From positions 287,965 through 351,964 of the forward strand of contig MU057403.1 of the NCBI GenBank assembly GCA_013265495.1: a stretch of DNA of 64,000 nucleotides, written 5' to 3'. The translations under genes were made by a program, and so were the position numbers. The notes under the pieces are model-generated. The model saw only the letters and a program-made list of their open reading frames with translations. It had not been told where the DNA came from and ran no database searches. The DNA comes from Vicugna vicugna (taxonomy: Eukaryota). How positions within the stretch are numbered: position 1 is the stretch's first letter; every line of letters starts with the position of its first letter. Below, in pieces: positions 1-12,181 of this stretch.

Positions 1-690
1 CGCGCTCGGCCGGGCCCCCTCCCGCTCCCCTGCCCCTCACTTTCACCTCGCCCGGCTGCGCGGCCACCATGGCGTCCAGCGAGGAGGACGGTACCAACGG
101 CGGCGCCTCGGAGGCCGGCGAGGAGAGGGAGGCCACGGGCAAGAGGAGGCGCCTGGGCTTGTTGGCCACCACCTGGCTCATCCTCTACAACATCGCCATG
201 ACCGCGGGGTACGTCCGCCCCGAAAGACCCTCCCCGCGCCCCTGCCCGCCGCACATTCCGTCCTCGGGGCGCCGGCTGGGCGGCTGAGCGCGCGGGGCTC
301 AGGAGCGGGGGGCGGCGAGCGGGCCGGGCGGCTGGGGGGTCGCGGGGAGGGTCGCTGGCGGCCGCCGTGGGGGGAGGGGTGCGGCCGCCGCCGCCGCCGG
401 GCTTGAATGGAGTGGGGCGGGGGAAGGGGGGCCGGGGCCCGGCGAGCCGGGCATTGCCTAATACGGTGCACGGCGTGGCGCGGCGGCCGCGGGGCGCGGG
501 CCGGAGGTTAAGTATAGACCCGGGCAGGAATGCGGGGCCGACCCGCGGGGGAGGCGGCTCCGGCCCGGCCGCCCCGGACGCCGCTGCCCGCTGCTTCTGC
601 TGCTGCTAAAGAAACGCGACGATCTCGCCACCCCGGAGCCCCTGTCCGGCCGTTGACCCAAACCCGCTTCTTCGGCCGCCCACCCTGGAG
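1..690. promoter_or_regulatory. CpG island over HACD1 5' end, exon 1 and start of intron 1
   Basis: Very GC- and CpG-rich sequence, GC boxes and G-runs; composition drops to AT-rich after about 700. Confidence 0.9.
69..208 (+). CDS. HACD1: HACD1 (PTPLA) coding exon 1
   Basis: Perfect Kozak [29 protein letters not shown]...[12 protein letters not shown]; donor GG|GTACGT at 209. Confidence 0.95.
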
Positions 691-1184
691 TGCATTTGCT
701 TGTTAGTATCACCAAGTTGCTTTTTCTTTTTTCTTTCTTTAAGTAATGGTGCGCCCGAGAGCTTCTCACTTGGGACGATTTTCAAAACACCCTGCCATAT
801 CAGAGCAAGGCACGGGTGTCCAGCATCTTGACGGCTCCATACTGATACCCTGTACTTTTGTTTCTGGCATTGGGTATGACTTCCAAGTTAAGGTTACATG
901 ATGACTGTCGCTCTTTAAAGAGCTGTCGGAGTGACTTGTGTCAACCGCTTTCAGAACCTGCTGGGAAAATGCTCTATCGTTTCTAAATGGCATTGCCATT
1001 TAAAAAAAGTGATTTTCCCATTATTACATGAAGTGTTATTAACCTATACACGTGGGGAAAAGTTTAGTAGCTTATATTTTCCTATAAGGCCTCAAAGTTT
1101 AATTGACAAAGATTTAATAAATGATTTGACGCAGTACTGAATACCTACTATGTGCTTTGCCAAATACAGTTGATAAAATCAGTA

Positions 1185-1400
1185 TTTATTGAGGATTCAC
1201 TGCGTGCCAGGCATTATCCATTGCTTTAGATGAATTATGTCGTTTGGTCCTCTGCAATCCTGTGATCCGAGTGCATGATAATACATTGGATAGAATCGGA
1301 AACTGAGGCCCAAATAGGTTAAGTAATTTGCTCAAGTTCACACAACCAGCAAGTGTCAGACTTGGATTTCAGCCCAGACAGTCTGACTCCACAGCTGTGC
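1185..1400 (-). mobile_element. MIR SINE remnant
   Basis: gaaactgaggccc...aggttaagtaatttgctcaagttcacac...cagtctgactcca MIR core motifs. Confidence 0.7.
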
Positions 1401-2589
1401 GCCTTCTGCTTTCCACTTTACTAAACTTTATCATCTTGAAAGAGAAAACTAATATGTTCAAAGCTACTGGAGAACAGTTGAGTACCCACTATGTGTTGCA
1501 GCTTTCAGATACCCTGGAGGCTGAAAAAGATGCCCTCTTCTCTGTGCTAGTCTCGTCCAGTTAATAAACACTTGGAGGATACCTGCCATTTATTAACGGG
1601 TCTGCTGGGCCTTTGCTTTCCAGGCCATTCTCTCTTTTGAAGACCAAGTTACCTTTTGAAAAATGAAAATCAACACATAACTCCAGTTCAAAGCCTTCTG
1701 TGACTCCCCATTACCTCCACGGTAGTGGACAGGATTTAGGCTGTCATTTCAGTGTCCTTTGCAGTACCTCCCTGATTCCCCTTTCCAGTGTTACTGCTTT
1801 TGAAATCTCCTGTAACTCACTGCGCCCTTCAGTGGACCGTGCAATCTTATTTTCATGGCTCTCTGCATCTCTGCTCAGGCTGTTCACTCTTTGGATAATA
1901 TCCCCCTTATTCCTCCCATGACTTCTAACCAAGCCACCTCTTTGAAATTTCTTGGGTCTCTTACCCAACCTGATGCAGAATTAAATGTTCTCTCCATTGT
2001 GTTCTCACACTTCATTCCCAACCTTCCTACCTGGCCCTGCGAATTACTGCTTCCCTGATACTTGTGTCTCTGCCAGCGTTACCATTATTGTCTCTGTTTA
2101 AAGGCGAGTGTAATGGAAATGGAATAATACCTATAATTACATCTTTGGAGGCTTTGTGAAGATGTTGGGATTTGAAGAAGGGATAGGATTTGCTTATGTA
2201 GAGGGTAGATATTTCAAGTGAGATGACTTCTGGAAATGGACATGAGATGCAAGAAAGCCTCCCGATTTAGTTGGAGGTTGGAGAGTTGTGGCAAGTGAGT
2301 TGGGCGAAGTCGTAGTGTTGACAGTGGGACCCAAACCCGTACGTTTTGGGGTTTGGATGGCAGAGGTTCTTTCTGTTCATTTAACTTGTTTTGTTTTTCC
2401 CTTTCAGCAGAACGTCGTAGGGTTTATTAATTTTTTGTAACAGTTTTGAAAAGAGTAAAATAACATTTAAGAGATAAAATTTTTACTTAACTGTAAAAAA
2501 AAGAACTTGCCTAATTCTGTAAGCTTAGCATGGTGTTTCATTTCTCCTTATTATCGTTTGTGTAACTTCCTTTGGAGTTTTACTGTCTC

Positions 2590-2820
2590 CCTCCTCAGGG
2601 AAGCCTTCCCTGACTACCTTCATTCAAATAGCAACCCCACACAAAAACTGATTCCCCACGCCTGCTTTATTTTTCTCCATCACACTTACTACCATGTAAC
2701 TGAACAACGATTTTACAAATTCATCTTGTTGCTTATTGTCTGCATCCCCCTCCATCACAGTGTAAGTTACAGTGTAAGCTCCATGACACACTCAAGAAGT
2801 ATTCGTTGAGCAAGTGAATG
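2590..2820 (+). mobile_element. L2 LINE 3' remnant
   Basis: ctcagggaagccttccctgact...tgtaagctccatga...ctcaagaagtattcgttga L2-type motifs. Confidence 0.5.
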
Positions 2821-3776
2821 CACATCAGAGTATTGTAGTGATTGTATCTGCTCTATTGTATATTCTATCTTTGCTCAATATTAGACCAAATAGTCCTGTA
2901 TAGTTTGAATAATTATGCTCTTTCATGGTCATAGAGTTAAGGAACCAGTAGTGCATTAAATCATGCGTCTCGTGACATTTTGTTTTATTTGTTTCTCTTG
3001 AATTAGTTGTTTAGGATGAATTCCCAGAGTAGAACTACAGGATATAATTAATTTAATTAAATAGTCCAAAGGATGTGAGGATTTTTACGATGCTTGTTCA
3101 CAATAGAGATTTGACGAGGAAAGTGGGCATTTCTTTCTCTCTTTTTGTTTTTTGTGTTTTTTTGTTTTTATTTTTGTTTTTGCTTTGCATCTGACACTTC
3201 TGAAGCCTGCATGTGTTAAGTGCATTGTCCTAGATCAAGCGAGAAACAGAAGATAAGTATTTTAGGTCCTGTCCTTGGAGAGGTGTTACCTGGGGCATTT
3301 AGATACTGCAGTAAAAAAAAGAATGAAGTAAGTGTTCCACAGAGGTGTCAAGTCACACAGGGAGAATCGGGGGAAACTTTTGCGGAGAGACCATCACATT
3401 TCATCTGAGCTTTGAAGGATAAGTAGGGTTTACTGGGCAGGGATGCAGACACAGCATGAGCTGGGGGACAGAGATGTGACATTGCTTGACATGCTCTTGG
3501 CGGTGACAACACGTGGGCCTGAAGTGTAGGGTGGGAAGTGAAGGGGGACGGGTCACCTGGGCTGTTGCACAGGCTTTACATGCCTTGCTAACAGGCTTGG
3601 ATTTTAATCTGTAAATAGTATGTAAGGTGTTGATTGAAGGTTATGTTCCACTCCTGTTCAGCCCAGTAACCTCAGATAAATTACATAACCTCCCTGACTC
3701 TGGCTTTTCTCATCAGTCAGATTGAAACAACACAACTACTTTGCTAGATGATTACAAGGAATAAAAAAATAATGGA

Positions 3777-3890
3777 CATGAAGTATGAAAACAAATATAT
3801 GTATGTATATGCATGACTGGGACATTGGGCTGTACACCAGAAATTGACACACTGTAACTGACAGTACTTCAGTAGAAAATAAAATAAAAA
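3777..3890 (+). mobile_element. Young 5'-truncated L1 3' end with TSD
   Basis: gactgggacattgggctgtacaccagaaattgacaca...A-tail; flanked by repeated aaaaaaataatgga. Confidence 0.75.
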
Positions 3891-4139
3891 AAATAATGGA
3901 TATGAAGTGATCGGCAGGATGTCAGACACACAGAGGATGTTTAGAAATGATCATACCTATTCCTAGTGGTTAATTTACAAATGCACTTCATGCAGATGGA
4001 AACTAAGGCATTCTCACAGTATGCGTGGTGTGAGTTATCATAGCACCAAACCCAAGGTTCAGGCACAGACATTTCTCAAAATGTTAAGTAATAGACATGT
4101 TTTATTCTGGAAGAGGATAGATCCGTGTCTAGGCTCACC

Positions 4140-4790
4140 GCAGCTAGTTTACCCATTCATCTGCTGGAGGACATTTGGGTTCTTTGACAAATAACGCTGT
4201 GAGCATGAGTGTGCAACTCTTGTGTGGACCCATGCTTTCATTCTCCTTGGGCAAATACCTATGAGCAGAATGGCTGGGTCACACTGTAGGCACATTCTTG
4301 ATTTCTTACGGAACTACCAAACTGTTTGCCAAAGTGGTTGCACCATTTTACATCCCCACAGGCAGTGAATGAGAGTTCAGGTTGCTGCGTGTCCTCTCCA
4401 AACACTTGGTACGGTCGGTCGGTCGTAATTTTACACCTTCTAAGAAGAGTATTGTGTTATCTCTTTGTCATTTTAATTTGTATTTCCCCAGTGACTAATG
4501 ACACTGGGCATCTTTTCACGGCTTTATTAACCAATTGTGTGTCTTTTTCGGATATAGAGTCTGTTCAAATCTTTTGCCCATTTTTTATGGGTTTGTTGTT
4601 TGTTTTTCAGTTACTGCGTTTTGAGAGTTCTTTATATAGACTGGATGCAAATCCTTTGTCAGACATGTGATTTGTAAATATTTTCTCTCAGTTGTGGCTT
4701 GCGTTTTCATTCTCTTTACAGTGTCTCCCAAAGAGCAGAAGGTCCTAATCATAACGAAGTCCATTTTATGTTTTTTTTTCTTTTATGAAC
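4140..4790 (-). mobile_element. Old L1M 3' region
   Basis: ggacatttgggt...ccaaagtggttgcaccattttacatcccca...tctgttcaaatcttttgccca. Confidence 0.75.
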
Positions 4791-5019
4791 CTTTCAGCTT
4801 AGCTCTTATCAGTATGAGTGTCTCATGTGTGATAAATTGAAATATGTATTGGCTGCTAAATCAAAGTCTCCATATAGTCTAGGAAGGGAAGTTTAGAGAT
4901 GTCAGTGAACAATATATGGGAGTATGGATTGTATGAACATCAAAGATCTTCTCTGGTACAAGCCTCTAAATGGTTGCTTTGAACTAAGTTTGAAGAAGAA
5001 GTGATAAAATTAGAATATC

Positions 5020-5780
5020 ATTTTTCAGTAACTACTGAAATAATGAATCTGGGCAATGATCATCAATAACTGTAACATCACACAGACACAAAGGAGGGAC
5101 GGCCGGAAATTGTGTGCTTCCTAGAGAAGGACACAGCACAGCCTAGGAATTAGCCTCCAGTGTGAATCTGTCTAATTGAGCCCCTAGAACTACCAACTTA
5201 CAGGAAATACAGGGGACAGAGAACGTAATAAATGGCATATGGATATCTGATGAGTAAAACCCAGACTGAGGGTAACTGCAGGACAAACCACTCAGTCTTC
5301 AACAGATAAATTTCACGACAAAGAGAGGGAAGGAGAAATGAATGGATGGAAGGAGGGAAGGAAGTGAGACCTATAGATTAAAAGAGTCATAAAAGACATA
5401 GCAACTAATTACAATGTAGGAATCTTATAATAAGGAATCTTAATTCAATTTTTGAAAATTATGAGACACTTTTAAGGAAATGTGTGCCTTAAGTTTTGTG
5501 ACTTGAGAAGTTATTGTTAAATTCTTTACATGGGATAGTGGTGTTATGTTTATGAAAAATAAACCTTTCAGAGATGCATGATTCAGCATTTATGATCTCA
5601 TGGGTTGTATGAGATCTGATTGAAAATAATCAGGGGAAGGATATGGTGGGGAGAGAAGTGAATAGAGGTTTGGGTGAAACAAGATTGTCCGTAAGATGAT
5701 GATGGTCAAAGCTGGGCAAGGGGCACGGGGGGTTCTCTATACCTCTGTCTACACTTAAAGTTTTTTAATAAAAAAAATTT
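5020..5780 (+). mobile_element. Old L1M (L1MC/MD-like) 3' UTR
   Basis: aatgaatctgggcaatgatcatcaat...gaaacaagattg...aagctggg, ending aataaaaaaa. Confidence 0.6.
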
Positions 5781-7689
5781 AAAAGCAGTGTTAAAGGAAA
5801 AAATGAGATAGATTCGTGTGTAGAAAACCAAGTTCTTCAAAAGGCAGGTGGTCTGCAAGAAATCTCAGGATTAAAAGAAGCACCAGAAGATAGAAGAAAG
5901 AGCTCCACCTTCAGTAATATTTTTCAGGATTATTGTAGCCATAGTAGCATGAGAAGAAGGCGTTTAGTAAGTGTTAGACAGTGTTTAGTAAGTTATGCCA
6001 CGTATATCTCATTACAGCACTGTCCCGTTGTCTCCTCTTACTAATTTTAAGATATCCTTGAGCCCAGAATGCCCTGTTTATCTCTAATTCCCCAGTGTCT
6101 AGCACAGTACCTGGCTTAACAATAAATGTTGATCCTTGAGACGACTGAATAAATAGAGGAATAAAGCAAGCAAGCAAACAAGAAACCTTCTGCATGTAGA
6201 ACACGTTTATAGTCTTCAGAGTGTTTTATCCTGGACTCAAAGTGTCTATTTGGGTTCATATTTGGGTAATCAGTAGCTCTGGCATGTTAAAGAAAAAAAA
6301 CAACAACAAACTTTCCAGAAAAGAGTCCTCATTGTAGAAGCTCCAGTTGCTTTTGGAAGTATTTAAAATTATAGTAAATAAACTGATAGATGTAGGAAGT
6401 CCAGTTAGCCAAATGTAGGGCCCTTAAGAGAGACTTTAATTTTCACCCTTTGTGATGGAGGGCTTAGGAAGTGAGCACTGATTAGATCAGATTAGCCCCT
6501 GGCTGTATGTACTGAAAAGCAGATGACAGGTTAACATAGATGGTGCCATGGTCCTTTCTAACCGGGTGTTAATTTCTTTTAGTTTCAACAGGTTAGTAAT
6601 TCGCATTATCATGATGCTATACCAGTTGGTACAGTGCTGCCACCTATGGGACAACAGTAGAATTTGTTCTAGTGTTGTAATGCATGGATTTTTACATCAT
6701 GCTTTAAAAAATGTAGAAAACTTGCCATCTAAATGAATTTTTCGATGAATTCTTTGGTAGGTTACTGATGACCTCTCAAATTGCTCTTTTGTAAAGATCT
6801 GATTTGGATTTGCCTTAACGAAAAGACAGGTGTATGGGAAAATGTGAATTAAAACATCTTACTATGCTTTTTGTTTTCTTATTAGAAGTTGTACAGGGAC
6901 TTGGAATTGAGAATAATGAAACCATAATGTTTTAAATCTGGAAGGTGCCCAAAGCGTTGTCCAGATTAGTACACTCAGATTAGCCCAGCATAAGGTTATT
7001 GTGAGGATGAAATATTAATGTGTTAAATATGCAAAAAGAACATGAAAGCTCTCTGAAAGTATACTGATTATTATCATTGTCATTATCATTAATTCTTCTA
7101 CATTTCAAAGGGCTTTATGATAGTTTCAGACATTTCCCTGATTGCTTGTCACAGCTCACTAGAAGGTCATTATTTTTACCTCCTTATGTGCTGAGGAGGA
7201 GACGTTCTCAGGGTCAAAGTGCTGTTCCGCCGTTTTCATTGAGCTGGCATTTTCATAATATTCAATCAGTCATTTCTTTGCAGGAATCTTTAAGCCATTT
7301 ATGTATCTTATGAGTGTTCTTTAAAAGTTAAAAAACTGTATAATGATTTTATAATTCATAAATCCATTTCACTGGACACTTTGGAGACCACTGGTTCTGA
7401 AAGCCTGGGGTAGCAGTTGGTTTCCATGGGGGTATCATTAGGGATTTTGAAAAGTTACAGGTGACGCAACTTTTTAAAACTTCAAAGTACATTTGTAATG
7501 GCAATGGAAACTAGAAAAAAAATTCTCTAATCAGTGATTTTTGGAGATTGAGTACTAGGGTGAGAAGGCTGGTCTCCACAGGGGTAACCTGTATTTTAAG
7601 TATCTCTAATTCCCAGTTGTTCTGTGAATTAAGTGTAAGTTGAAAAGCGAGGGCATATGCAGTTTTTCTTTTTTTTAAAAAAACCTGTT

Positions 7690-7922
7690 TTTAGTAAATT
7701 GAAGTATAGTTTATTTACAATATTAGTTTCAGGTGTACAACAGTGATTGAGTAGTTTTATAAAATATACTCCATTTAAAGTTATTACAAGACAATAGTTG
7801 TATTTCTTTGTGCTGTGCAATATCCCCTTGTTGCTTACTTATTTTATACACAGTAGTTCGTCAACTCCCTACTCCTGTCTTGTCCCTCCCCGCTGCCCTC
7901 TCCTCATTGGTAACCACTGGTT
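7690..7922 (-). mobile_element. Cetartiodactyl-type L1 3' end
   Basis: aattgaagtatagtttatttacaatattagtttcaggtgtaca...ggtaaccact. Confidence 0.75.
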
Positions 7923-8024
7923 TTGAAACAGACTCTTGAAAAGTAGGCTTACATCTGACTTTCCATATGTGTCTCTTCTGTGGCACCACAGTTGTTTCTA
8001 TTTAGTCAAAATTATAAAAAAAAT

Positions 8025-8147
8025 TTTTTGTGGGTAGATAATTAAGTTTACTTATTTTATTAAAAAAAAATGGAGGTACTGGGGATTGAACCCAGGACCT
8101 CATGCATGCTAAGCACATGCTCTACTCTGAGCTATACCCTCCCCCCC
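8025..8147 (-). mobile_element. tRNA-Ala-derived SINE (Vic-1-like)
   Basis: Reverse complement of ggggagggtatagctcaga...gcttagcatgcatgaggtcctgggttcaatccccagtacctcca plus AT-rich tail. Confidence 0.85.
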
Positions 8148-8508
8148 AAATATTAATTAATGATTGTTATGAAAGATTTTTACTTCTAATTAGATATAAT
8201 TATATACTGTATATTTACATAAAATACATATTTATAAGCCCAGACTTTTACTTTAAATCTTAATATAATTATGAAGTGCTTTATAAAAACTTTATTTTGG
8301 TACAGAAACCTGTATCTTCAGTCTGTCCGTTTATTTGCTGAAACCAAAAATATAATGGGCATTGTTTAACATTTGTATGTAGTTTGGTCTCCAATATGTT
8401 CTGTTTATTCCCTTGAAGAGTCAATGTAAAAATGATGTTTGTCATTTCTTCCTGTGGGTTTTTAAAACAGAGTAATGAACTGAGAGCATAATAAAATATA
8501 CATGTTCT

Positions 8509-8650
8509 GGGAGGAGGGTATGGCTCAAATGGCAGGGCACACGCTTAGCATGCATGAGGTCCTGGGTTCAATCCCCAGTACCTCCTCTAAAACGAAATAA
8601 ACCTAATTACCTCCCCCCTCAAACAATAAATAAAATAAATAGAATTTTAA
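8509..8650 (+). mobile_element. tRNA-Ala-derived SINE (Vic-1-like)
   Basis: tRNA-Ala head, tail aaacctaattacctcccc, A-rich end. Confidence 0.85.
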
Positions 8651-8751
8651 AAAATACACATTCTTACTATATAAATTATGGCATTTCTTTTCAGGAAGAT
8701 CTGTGGAATTCGTTTTGATAGAACTTTATAAAATACTTCTATTTTCTCTAG

Positions 8752-8869
8752 GTGGATGGTACTAGGCATTGCCATGGTACGTTTTTATATGGAAAAAGGA
8801 ACACACAAAGGTTTATATAAAAGTATTCAGAAGACACTTAAGTTTTTCCAGACATTTGCCTTGCTTGAG
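8752..8869 (+). CDS. HACD1: HACD1 exon 2 (118 nt)
   Basis: ttttctctag|G acceptor; [39 protein letters not shown]; donor GAG|GTAAGT; phase matches exon 1. Confidence 0.95.
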
Positions 8870-9056
8870 GTAAGTTTTCAATGGTGGTGTTTTTCTATCA
8901 ATTTACTATTTATTTGAACATACATCAGTTGAGCAAAATCAATTTTATTTTGGTGACTATTTACACCCTATGAATTCATTTAAAACCAGTGATGACAGGA
9001 GTTGATTTTGTTGTCTGCTATTGACGTGAGCTTTTTATTTTTTTGTTTGCTTGCAG

Positions 9057-9075
9057 ATAGTCCACTGTTTAATTG
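9057..9075 (+). CDS. HACD1: HACD1 exon 3 (19-nt microexon)
   Basis: ttgcttgcag|ATAGTCCACTGTTTAATTG|gtgagt; encodes IVHCLI(G). Confidence 0.92.
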
Positions 9076-9152
9076 GTGAGTTTTTGATTTAACTTTCATT
9101 TTTGGCATAGATTGCATTTAGGGACAGTGGTTGACTTGTTTTTCTCTTTAAG

Positions 9153-9241
9153 GAATTGTACCTACTTCTGTGCTTGTGGCTGGGGTCCAAGTGAGTTCAA
9201 GAATCTTTATGGTGTGGCTCGTCACTCACAGTATAAAACCA
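9153..9241 (+). CDS. HACD1: HACD1 exon 4 (89 nt)
   Basis: tctctttaag| acceptor; [30 protein letters not shown]; donor CCA|GTAAGT. Confidence 0.95.
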
Positions 9242-9494
9242 GTAAGTGACTCAGCACGTTCTCTGCTTGAACCTGTAAGAGAGCTTTCTTATTAACAGGA
9301 ATCCCAAATGTTAACCTTGCTGTTTTTCAGGAAGCAGAACCCTTGGCCAAAGAAGGATTGGGTCTGGATTTAAAGAGTGATTGTACATTGACTTCAGTGC
9401 GTTTTGTAGAATGACATTGAAATACAAGCGAAAGCAAACATTGGCATTTTTAGATCCATAATAATCCACTCTCCTATTGGGTTTTCCAATTTTT

Positions 9495-9545
9495 TTTTAC
9501 ATTTTTTTGTATTGAGTTATAGTCATTTTACAATGTTGTATCAAA
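9495..9545 (-). mobile_element. About 50-bp L1 3' tip with 16-bp TSD
   Basis: T-rich tail then tattgagttatagtcattttacaatgttg; flanks ggg(t/c)tttccaattttt at 9479 and 9546. Confidence 0.7.
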
Positions 9546-10285
9546 GGGCTTTCCAATTTTTAAAATTAATGTTCCTAATCCTGACAAATAGTGAACTGAA
9601 AATTTTGTGTTGACATTATGTGAATTCTCTTTGATTATGTAACTGAAGTTGTCAGTATAAACAATTGATTTTTCCTCATTTAGCACTGAGTGAGACATAC
9701 AGAGTTCATGTAGTTTTGCCAATCTGAACAAATGGAACAGACTGAATTCAAAGTTAGAAGGGTTAAGGAGCTTAGAGAAAAATAAGCTGGTTATTTATTG
9801 AGGCATGACAGGAGACAGACCTGGGTCTAATTAGTGGCTTAAGCCCTTTTAGCCAAACAAATGCCGCGCTTAACCATGTCAGGCCACTGGGCCTTTTAAA
9901 CCCATGATGGAAATATTTCCCACGTGGGCCCTTCTGACCTTCTGGACAGCCTCTGGAGTCTCCTGTCCACTTGAGGACAGCTCTCTGGCCTCCTTTCCAT
10001 TCCTCAGATGCCTTTCTTGTCCTCCCTGCTTGGGGCGATACCTACTCTCCCTTCCGTTGCCTACTGGACTCACTGGCCTCCTGTCTGTGTGGGGACAGAT
10101 GGCTGACCTTCTGCCCTCTTCCTGCTCCACACCTCAGCCCTCTTGACTAGGCCCTTTCACTCAACTTATTCCAACCACCTGGTCCCTAACCGGTGCCTGC
10201 CGTATGGATAGCAGTGAGCACCTGCCCCATGGGGAGCCAGCCTCTGGATTCAGATCCCCTGTCGTTTAAAAGCGGGAGCCCTAGT

Positions 10286-10406
10286 GGGGAGGGTACAGCT
10301 CAGTGGTAGAGCGCATGCTTAGTATGCACAAGGTCTGGGTTCAATCAAATAAATAAGTAAACCTAACAATCTCCCCTGCAAAAAAATTAAAAAATAAAAT
10401 AAAAAC
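10286..10406 (+). mobile_element. tRNA-Ala-derived SINE (Vic-1-like)
   Basis: ggggagggtacagctcagtggtagagcgcatgcttag...; family tail. Confidence 0.85.
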
Positions 10407-11704
10407 ATTAGCCCAAAATTAGCAGAGAAATAAAATAAGAGACACTGATCCAGACAGTGAATGGGTATCATAGGTGGGCCAGTTCCACAAACAGTCTGAA
10501 GACTGAGGAGGAAGAAGGACAAGATCGAGGGCCAGCAGTCACTAGTGAAAAGAATTCAAGGGACGCTAAAGGGTGGCTTTTCCCCAAGAGAAAACAAAAA
10601 GTTCCAACTGCTCTCTTTTATCTTGCAGAAGATCCCTGCCTTAATATCGCTATTTAATTCTCTCCAACAGTGATTTCCCATTGGCACCTTTCCACCCCCC
10701 TTTAATTAATCCAACCCACATTTATTACATGCCCGCTGTACACCTGGCACCGTGCTTATTTCTGGATTTACGAAATGAATAAGGCAGCCTCAGCTGTCAC
10801 GTGTACTGACCGCGGGGGAATAGGGGACAGCCCTACAGATGTTGAGTCATTCAACAAGTGTGAAGCACGCACCCATCTGTGCCCGACACCGTGCTGGGAA
10901 TCTGGTTATTCATACTGTAAACATGGTTCCCACCTCATGGAGCCTGTAATTAGCAGAGAAGCTAAATAAGTTTTTGCAGAAATAATTGTTTGATTACATT
11001 AGTGTTAGGGTTTGAAACGAGACCAGTGTGGATTGCAGTACCTGGGGGACTTGGCCTGACTTACGGAGTGAAGAAAGGCTTCCCTGAGGAAGGAATGTAT
11101 TCGCTGAGCACTGACAGAGATACAAGAGTTAGGCAGACACGTGGTAATAGAAATTGGCAAGTGCTATGATACAGATATGAACAAAGGACTGTGAGAACAG
11201 CAGGTGACCAAGTGACTGCTCAGGGTGAGGGGAGGGGTTTGGGAAAAGGTTTCTAGGGGGTGTGATGTTTTAGCTGGATATTTAAAGATGAGAAAGGATT
11301 TTCTATGAGAAATATGAAGGGAGCTGCATTCTGATTAGAGGGAGTGGCCTGTGTTAAGACCCAAACATTCAGAGCATATTCTGGAAATAATACAAAGTTT
11401 AGTGTCACCAGAGAGAAAGAGGTGTGATGGGGGCTGGGGGCATGGGAGATGATAAGGTCCTGAGTTCAGACAGTGGTAGCAGGGCCAGAGTGGGTGGCAG
11501 ATTCAGGAGTTAGTGCTAAGGCCAGGTGGGATGTGATTTGACAACTAAGAGAGAGTTGCCTAAGAATGGTCAAAGGGCAGACCGTTCCCATGCTGGATTT
11601 GAGGGGGTGATGGTGTCCTGGGGTGGCTGGGTTATGGGCTGAAGTCAAGGATGAGAGAGAGAAACCAGTAGAAATTTGAGCATTCCTGTGCTTAGGGCAT
11701 GTTT

Positions 11705-11866
11705 ATTTCTACTTTATTTTATATTTTTTATTGAAGTATAGTCTATTTACAATGTTGTGTTAGTTTCTGGTGTACAAACTACTATATATAAAATAGGTAA
11801 ACAACAAGGACTTCCTATAAAGTACAGGAAACTTGTAATAACCTATAATGAAAAAGAATATGAAAA
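11705..11866 (-). mobile_element. L1 3' end with internal inversion
   Basis: Minus-strand L1 tip joined to a plus-strand upstream L1 segment; TSD agggcat(g/a)ttt. Confidence 0.7.
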
Positions 11867-12059
11867 AGGGCATATTTCAGTGGCATGTTTATGAAGAAGT
11901 ACGTAATGGTGACTGCATCACGTTTTATTTTTGTATTGCTCTAACACTTAACTTTCCATTATAATAAACGGTACGTAGTAAATAATAAAAATAAAATATC
12001 TTCATGGAGAAGGAAGTTGAAGGTTAAACAACACTGTGGATTTCTCTGTAATTCTGCAG

Positions 12060-12181
12060 ATCCAGAATGAGGAGAGTGTGGTGCTTTTTCTGGTCGCGTG
12101 GACGGTGACAGAGATCACTCGCTATTCCTTCTACACATTCAGTCTTCTCAACCACCTGCCATACTTCATTAAATGGGCCAG
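12060..12181 (+). CDS. HACD1: HACD1 exon 5 (122 nt)
   Basis: attctgcag| acceptor; [41 protein letters not shown]; weak donor AG|GTGGCG. Confidence 0.95.

Noticed and set aside
69..287. 72-aa single-exon ORF from the HACD1 ATG
   Set aside because: Homology ends at the donor at 208; the rest is intron read-through
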